Positions 46,194-51,188 of a stretch of 51,188 bases of DNA are shown here, in pieces; positions within the stretch are counted from its first letter, which is position 1; each line of letters opens with the position of its first letter. The notes under the pieces are model-generated. The model saw nothing but the letters and a program-made list of their open reading frames with translations, had not been told where the DNA came from and searched no databases. Made by a program: the position numbers and the translations under genes. The stretch spans positions 1-51,188 of the forward strand of contig CAXHAT010000029.1 in assembly GCA_964014485.1 (NCBI GenBank), written 5' to 3'. This DNA comes from an uncultured Deferribacteres bacterium (GTDB lineage: Bacteria > Zhuqueibacterota > Zhuqueibacteria > Zhuqueibacterales > Geothermadaptataceae).

Positions 46194-49100
46194 ATGAAAT
46201 TCGCACAACCACGAGCAACTGGATTACGGGGAATTTCAAAACTTTTCATCATCGCCTGTCTTGGCGTTTCGACAACAGGCGCCTTCGCCGCGCCTCAGGC
46301 GGAATCGGTTGAAAAAGAGAAAAAGTCCGCGAAACGAACAGACGAAATCTACCTGCCGAAAAAATTGACTGAAGCCGACATTCAATTTATGTTTAAGGAT
46401 TCGCGCTCCTGCGTGACGTGCCACCAAGGCATTGAATCGATGCACGGCGACGGGGACGGACAAGTGGGCGTGACCTGCGTCGGCTGCCACGGCGGCAATG
46501 GCGATGCGGAGAAAAAAGAAAAGGCCCACGTTAAACCGAAAAACAAGAATTTTTTCAAAACTTCGGCGAATCCGGAGCACGCTTACACCGCGTTCAATAA
46601 CGAATCCGGCGAATTCATCCGCTTTATCAATCCCGGCGATTTCCGGGTGATGGATCAGACGTGCGCCAAATGCCACGCCGAGATCACCTCAAAAATCCTA
46701 ACGTCGTCGATGACGCACAGCGCGATGATTCCACAGGCCGGGCTCTACAACAACGGCATCCACGACGCCAAGATTCCTGTTTACGGTGAAGCTTACATGC
46801 CCGACGGTTCGCCCGCGATTTTGACAACGCCGAACAACGACAAAACGGCGCAGGAATTTAAAAACGGCTTGACCAGCCTTGTCGATAAATTGCAGCCCTT
46901 GCCGCGATTTGAAGTCACCCCGGCGACCGACGCTTTTCGCGTGCTTGAACGCGGCAACAACGACGCTGGCGCGCGCGGCCCCGGCACGGACTTTCATGTA
47001 GCGGGCGGCTCCATCGTGCTCAACAAAACGCGCCTGAACGACCCGACGCTCTGGTTTCTCGGCCCCAACCAAACGCGCGGCGATTTTCGCAGCAGCGGCT
47101 GCACGGCTTGCCACGTGCCTTACGCCAACGATCGCGACCGTCTCGCTAGCGGGCCGGTGGTTTCAGCATTTTGGGATCGCGGCGGCAAAGCCGGGCATGC
47201 CGGAACAGGCGATAAAAATATTCCAAAAGACGAGCCCGGCCATCCCTTCGCGCACAGCATGACGCTGGGCGTGCCGACTTCGCAATGCATTACGTGCCAC
47301 CACCATCAGGGCAACGGCGCCATTTCGAGCTATGCAGGAGCGATGTGGTGGGATCAGGAAACGGACGCCAAACTCGTTTTGAATGCACGCGAGCAGCGGG
47401 ACGAAAATATTAGCGAGAAAAAACGCGAAAAGCTAGCGCGCGCCGGAAAGCTTTTTGAGGACATTCAGTTCGCCGATTTCTACGGCCATTCGTGGAACTT
47501 CCGAAAGGTTTACAAGCGCGACCTGAAAGGCAATTTGCTGGACAAAGCTGGAAACATTGTGCCGGACGACGACCCGAAACGATTCGACAAAGCCGTCCAT
47601 CTGCGCGACGTCCACTTTGAAAAAGGTATGCACTGCATCGATTGTCACACGCAGCAGGATGTTCACGGGGATGGGCGGCTTTGGGGCGCGATGGCCGACG
47701 CGATTGAAATCCAGTGCGAAGATTGCCACGGCACAGTGGCGCAAAAAGCCACGCTGGTGACCTCCGGCCTGAACGGCGGTTTCGCCATGGCGGATCGTCG
47801 TACCGGCGCCAAAACGCAGTTTGGCGAGCGGCAGTTTGTGATGAAAAAAGGCAAGGTTTTTCAACGCTCAAAAGTCTACAAAGATTTGGAGTGGGAAGTG
47901 CCGCAACTCGCTGATATCGTCGATCCGAAAAGCCCGGAATTCAACGCTGTCGCGGCGCGAGCGAAAACGCTTTTGAAAGGCGGTGAAGTCTGGGGCGAGC
48001 CGGTGAACGATCTTGGCTCGCTGGCGCACAACACCGAGAGCATGGATTGCTCGGCCTGTCACAATTCCTGGAACACGACCTGTTACGGTTGCCACCTTTC
48101 CGCAGAGGTCAACCAAAAAGAGGACAACATTCACTACGAAGGTTCGACGACGCGGGCGTACGTGAATTACAATCCGCAAGTCATCCGCTCAGACGGCTTT
48201 ATGCTCGGCGTCGGAGCCAGTTCCAAGGGCAATAAAATCCAAACCATTCGCTCGGCGACCGCCGTGACGGTGACGGTGCGTGATCGCGGGCGCAATCAGG
48301 TCGTGCATCAGCAAAATACGATTGCGGCGAGCGGGCATTCCGGCTACGCAGTTTCGCCGAACACGCCGCACACGGTGCGAAAAACGGAAACGCGCGACTG
48401 CTCAAGCTGCCACATTTCAGCGAAAAACGACAACAACTCGTGGATGGCTTCGACGCTCGGCTTCGGTACGAACATGGTGAATTTCATTGGTGAATTTGCT
48501 TACGTCGCCGCCGGGAAATCCGGCATTCGCGCAGTGAAAGTGACTGAGGGCAAGGAGCCGCAGCCAGTCATTGGCAGCAATTTCCACAAAATCCTCCATC
48601 CGAAGTCAGCGCAGAAATTTGAGAAAAACGGACGGCGTTTGCAAACGGCGCGAAAATCGAGTTCGAGCAATGCGCGCAACATCGCAACGCGCGGCGAGTT
48701 TGTCTTCGTCGCCGACGGGCCGGGCGGATTCAGGGTTTACGACCGGGCGAATATCGCCAACAAGGCAAAGGCTCAGAAATTGGTCAAAACGCAAAACAGC
48801 GGCTTTGGCCAGGACACGCACATCAAAACAAAATTCGCCACCGACGTTGCGCTGCCTTCAACTGTGCCGATGAATCCGGATCGTCCGCAGCGCCCGGAAA
48901 ACCTGGAAACGCCGGTCGCGGATTTGTTCCGCTACGCTTTCGTCACCGATTTGAAGGAAGGCTTGATCGTCGTCGACGTGAACACGTTCACAGATCATCA
49001 ACCGCAAAATAATTTCATCAAACGTGCGGCAACTTTTAATCCGGGCAATAAATTGCGCGGCGCGGTGAAAATCCAAATCGCTGGCAATTACGCCTACATC

Positions 49101-49841
49101 GTCAGCGTGAAAACCGGGCTGCATGTCGTGAATATTGAGAATCCGTTGCAGCCCAAGCTGGTCGCCAATATTGGCGCGCCGGAGATCACGGTCGCGCGTT
49201 CGCTCGACATTCAATTTCGCTATGTGTTTATCGCAGACAAGGTTGGGTTGAAGGTGGTCGATATTACTTCGCCGCAACGCCCGCGCCTGGTGAAAAATGC
49301 GAAAATCCCGCTCGCCGACGCACGCGACGTGTACGTGATGCGAACCTACGCCTACGTCGCCGCCGGGAGCGACGGCCTGGCGATCATCGACGTTGAAAGT
49401 CCGGAAGCGCCCAAGTTGATTGAAAAATTTACTGCGAATGGTCAGCTCAACGACGTTCACGCAATCACTACAGGCGCGGTCAACGCGAGCATTTTTGCCT
49501 TTGTCGCGGACGGTAAGAACGGCCTACGCGTGTTGCGCTTGATCGAGCCGCCGTTTACGCCGGGGCATCTTGGTTACTCGCCCAAGCCTACGCCTGCATT
49601 GCTGGCAACGTTCAAAACGTCCGGCCCGGCGGTCGGCATTGCCGAAGGCGCAAAACGCGACCGTGCGGTGGATGAAAGCGGCAACCAGATCGGCGTTTCC
49701 GGACGGCTTGGCTCACATCCGCTGAATCGCAGCGACCTTGACCGATTGTTGAAAGTCAACGGCAAGTTTTTCAAAGTTGAAGATAGCCGAGATGTGTTCA
49801 AAAAAGCGAAACCGGCGCAGGAGTCGTCGGGGCAGGAATAA
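46194..49841 (+). CDS. 1215-aa exported decaheme cytochrome c fused to LVIVD-repeat beta-propeller
   Basis: Signal peptide; ten CxxCH (CVTCH, CVGCH, CAKCH, CTACH, CITCHHH, CIDCH, CEDCH, CSACH, CYGCH, CSSCH); repeats such as YAYVAAGSDGLAIIDVESPEAPKLI. Confidence 0.92.
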   Translation: MKFAQPRATGLRGISKLFIIACLGVSTTGAFAAPQAESVEKEKKSAKRTDEIYLPKKLTEADIQFMFKDSRSCVTCHQGIESMHGDGDGQVGVTCVGCHGGNGDAEKKEKAHVKPKNKNFFKTSANPEHAYTAFNNESGEFIRFINPGDFRVMDQTCAKCHAEITSKILTSSMTHSAMIPQAGLYNNGIHDAKIPVYGEAYMPDGSPAILTTPNNDKTAQEFKNGLTSLVDKLQPLPRFEVTPATDAFRVLERGNNDAGARGPGTDFHVAGGSIVLNKTRLNDPTLWFLGPNQTRGDFRSSGCTACHVPYANDRDRLASGPVVSAFWDRGGKAGHAGTGDKNIPKDEPGHPFAHSMTLGVPTSQCITCHHHQGNGAISSYAGAMWWDQETDAKLVLNAREQRDENISEKKREKLARAGKLFEDIQFADFYGHSWNFRKVYKRDLKGNLLDKAGNIVPDDDPKRFDKAVHLRDVHFEKGMHCIDCHTQQDVHGDGRLWGAMADAIEIQCEDCHGTVAQKATLVTSGLNGGFAMADRRTGAKTQFGERQFVMKKGKVFQRSKVYKDLEWEVPQLADIVDPKSPEFNAVAARAKTLLKGGEVWGEPVNDLGSLAHNTESMDCSACHNSWNTTCYGCHLSAEVNQKEDNIHYEGSTTRAYVNYNPQVIRSDGFMLGVGASSKGNKIQTIRSATAVTVTVRDRGRNQVVHQQNTIAASGHSGYAVSPNTPHTVRKTETRDCSSCHISAKNDNNSWMASTLGFGTNMVNFIGEFAYVAAGKSGIRAVKVTEGKEPQPVIGSNFHKILHPKSAQKFEKNGRRLQTARKSSSSNARNIATRGEFVFVADGPGGFRVYDRANIANKAKAQKLVKTQNSGFGQDTHIKTKFATDVALPSTVPMNPDRPQRPENLETPVADLFRYAFVTDLKEGLIVVDVNTFTDHQPQNNFIKRAATFNPGNKLRGAVKIQIAGNYAYIVSVKTGLHVVNIENPLQPKLVANIGAPEITVARSLDIQFRYVFIADKVGLKVVDITSPQRPRLVKNAKIPLADARDVYVMRTYAYVAAGSDGLAIIDVESPEAPKLIEKFTANGQLNDVHAITTGAVNASIFAFVADGKNGLRVLRLIEPPFTPGHLGYSPKPTPALLATFKTSGPAVGIAEGAKRDRAVDESGNQIGVSGRLGSHPLNRSDLDRLLKVNGKFFKVEDSRDVFKKAKPAQESSGQE

Positions 49842-49906
49842 CCAGCAAATACAGGGACGTATTGCACACGTCCCCACCATACATGCTTTTTAAAATCATC
49901 CCGCCA

Positions 49907-49974
49907 TGTCATTCAGGAGGAATCTATTTTGCCCAGCCCGTGAAGTGGGCAAAATAGATTCCTCCTGAATGACA
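49907..49974. repeat. Perfect 29-bp inverted repeat with 10-nt loop (TGTCATTC..GAATGACA family)
   Basis: TGTCATTCAGGAGGAATCTATTTTGCCCA / TGGGCAAAATAGATTCCTCCTGAATGACA. Confidence 0.9.
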
Positions 49975-50026
49975 ATCGGCGGCGTCACCCATAGATTAAA
50001 ACTTTGTCCTAACAATCGAACGCTCA

Positions 50027-51188
50027 ATGATCATCGCTGAACCTAAATCGAAAACTGTCGAAAAAACGCCCGTTCAAAACCTGCGGACGATGCACAAGCG
50101 TCGTGAGCTTTTTCATGATCGTTGGACGATTGCGGGCGGCGCCAGCGGCGTGGCTGAAGTCTCAGATTTACTGTCGCCATCCGATCTCAAGCGCTTTGGA
50201 ATTTTCGACAAGTACGACGACGCTTTTTTGACGGAGATTAGCCACGACGTTTCCGTGGCGCAGTGGAAATCGGGCGCCGTCCTTTTTGAAGAAGGCGGTT
50301 ATATCGACGTAGCGTTTTTCATTGTAACCGGCAGCGTCGACGTTTTTGTCAATGGAACTTCAGAAGCCAGGATCGGCGGTTCGCACCACGATCAGCAGAC
50401 GCGCAAAAATCGAAAGTCGCGTCAGCGTCTGACTTATCTTTCAGTGATGGATTTCAATTTACCCATAAACGGTCGAATGCGGCTCGGCTCCGGCCATGTG
50501 TTCGGCGAAATCGGGGCCTTGAGCGGCTGGCCGCAGTCGGTGACGGCCCGCACGGCGACCAAGTGTCTTTTGGTGCAAATTCGCAAACCGGCGCTGCGCA
50601 AAATGCGCGATCAATCACCCCATTTCAAAGACTGGATTGACGATATTTATCGAAAAAATTACTTGCCGTTGGAGCTTAAGCGCACGCCGGCTTTTCGAAA
50701 ATGCGGCGGCGAGTTTATCAAAGCATTGTCTCAAAAGGTTGAGTTGGTTTCTTGCCGCAAGGACGCTGAAATCGTGCTGCAAGGCGCGCCGGTTCAGTCG
50801 GTGTACATCGTACGAGCGGGATTTGTCAAACTCAGCCAGAATGTTGATGGACGGCCGTTCGTCGTTTCCTATCTTTCCAAAGGCCAGATTTTGGGCGACG
50901 TCGAGCTTTTAATGGAAGGCGTCGAGACTTGGCAGTTTACGGCTTCTTCCGTCAAACGCAGCGAATTGATCAAGATTTCGCGGCGCGATTTCGAAGAAAT
51001 TTTCATGACGCATCCGGCGGTCGAAAAGCAATTGTGGCGGCGCGCTGAAAAGCGAATCAAGGAATCCGGTCACATCAAAGAAAATCTCAACGGCGCCGCT
51101 TTTTTGGACGACGCGCTTGAAAAAGGTCTGCCGCAAGGGCGCAGCATTCTGGTCATCAATCTCGATCAATGCACGCGCTGCGATGATT
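50027..51188 (+). CDS. Tandem cyclic-nucleotide-binding domain protein with start of a 4Fe-4S ferredoxin domain; truncated at window end and absent from the ORF track
   Basis: Translated by hand from ATG 50027: LFEEGGYIDVAFFIVTGSV..GHVFGEIGALSGWPQSVTA; second domain IVLQGAPVQSVYIVRAGFVKL..LSKGQILGDVELL; ends LVINLDQCTRCDD in the same frame. Confidence 0.88.
   Translation, partial: MIIAEPKSKTVEKTPVQNLRTMHKRRELFHDRWTIAGGASGVAEVSDLLSPSDLKRFGIFDKYDDAFLTEISHDVSVAQWKSGAVLFEEGGYIDVAFFIVTGSVDVFVNGTSEARIGGSHHDQQTRKNRKSRQRLTYLSVMDFNLPINGRMRLGSGHVFGEIGALSGWPQSVTARTATKCLLVQIRKPALRKMRDQSPHFKDWIDDIYRKNYLPLELKRTPAFRKCGGEFIKALSQKVELVSCRKDAEIVLQGAPVQSVYIVRAGFVKLSQNVDGRPFVVSYLSKGQILGDVELLMEGVETWQFTASSVKRSELIKISRRDFEEIFMTHPAVEKQLWRRAEKRIKESGHIKENLNGAAFLDDALEKGLPQGRSILVINLDQCTRCDD

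Noticed and set aside
45961..46239. 92-aa minus-strand ORF containing HSRAGGN/LDSRLRGND
   Set aside because: This is the translation of the palindromic repeat, a typical spurious ORF
49907..49974. 29-bp hairpin as an intrinsic terminator
   Set aside because: No U-tract follows on either strand; its ends match the GTCATTC repeat family

Overview
Bacterial genomic window, probably from an FCB-superphylum lineage such as KSB1/Calditrichota. This assignment is an inference from the rplM-rpsI-rpsB-tsf-pyrH-frr gene order, a 'SQNYPNPFNPSTTIRY' FlgD-Ig/T9SS-type C-terminal domain, and abundant D-[ST]-[AILVT] motifs in exported proteins. Blocks from left to right: (1) a minus-strand operon of two giant TPR proteins, a small GltF-like protein, ExbB/TolQ and an ExbD/TolR lacking the catalytic Asp. 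It resembles the Agl-Glt core machinery and runs off the left edge. (2) A divergent pair of an Ig-fused Na/Pi cotransporter and ppk2, with a candidate Pho box. (3) An NHL protein and a large beta-barrel OMP behind the translation cluster, with the t44/S2 leader and a terminator. (4) Agmatinase and an orphan vWA protein. (5) An accessory signalling locus: an ECF sigma factor divergent from Ser/Thr kinase-AAA_35, AAA_35-TM-WD40, a TPR-TM protein and a 1311-aa secreted Ig/cadherin-repeat protein. (6) A TetR-headed lva/ACAD10-11-like acyl-CoA operon with a triple operator, a 250-bp inverted-repeat-bounded insert and a heptamer repeat. (7) A porin-multiheme cytochrome cluster (SH3-octaheme, porin, decaheme-LVIVD, cNMP-cNMP-Fe-S protein truncated at the right edge) whose spacers are full of REP-like palindromes. 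No rRNA, tRNA, CRISPR array or transposase was seen. All family calls come from motif recognition by eye, not from database searches.
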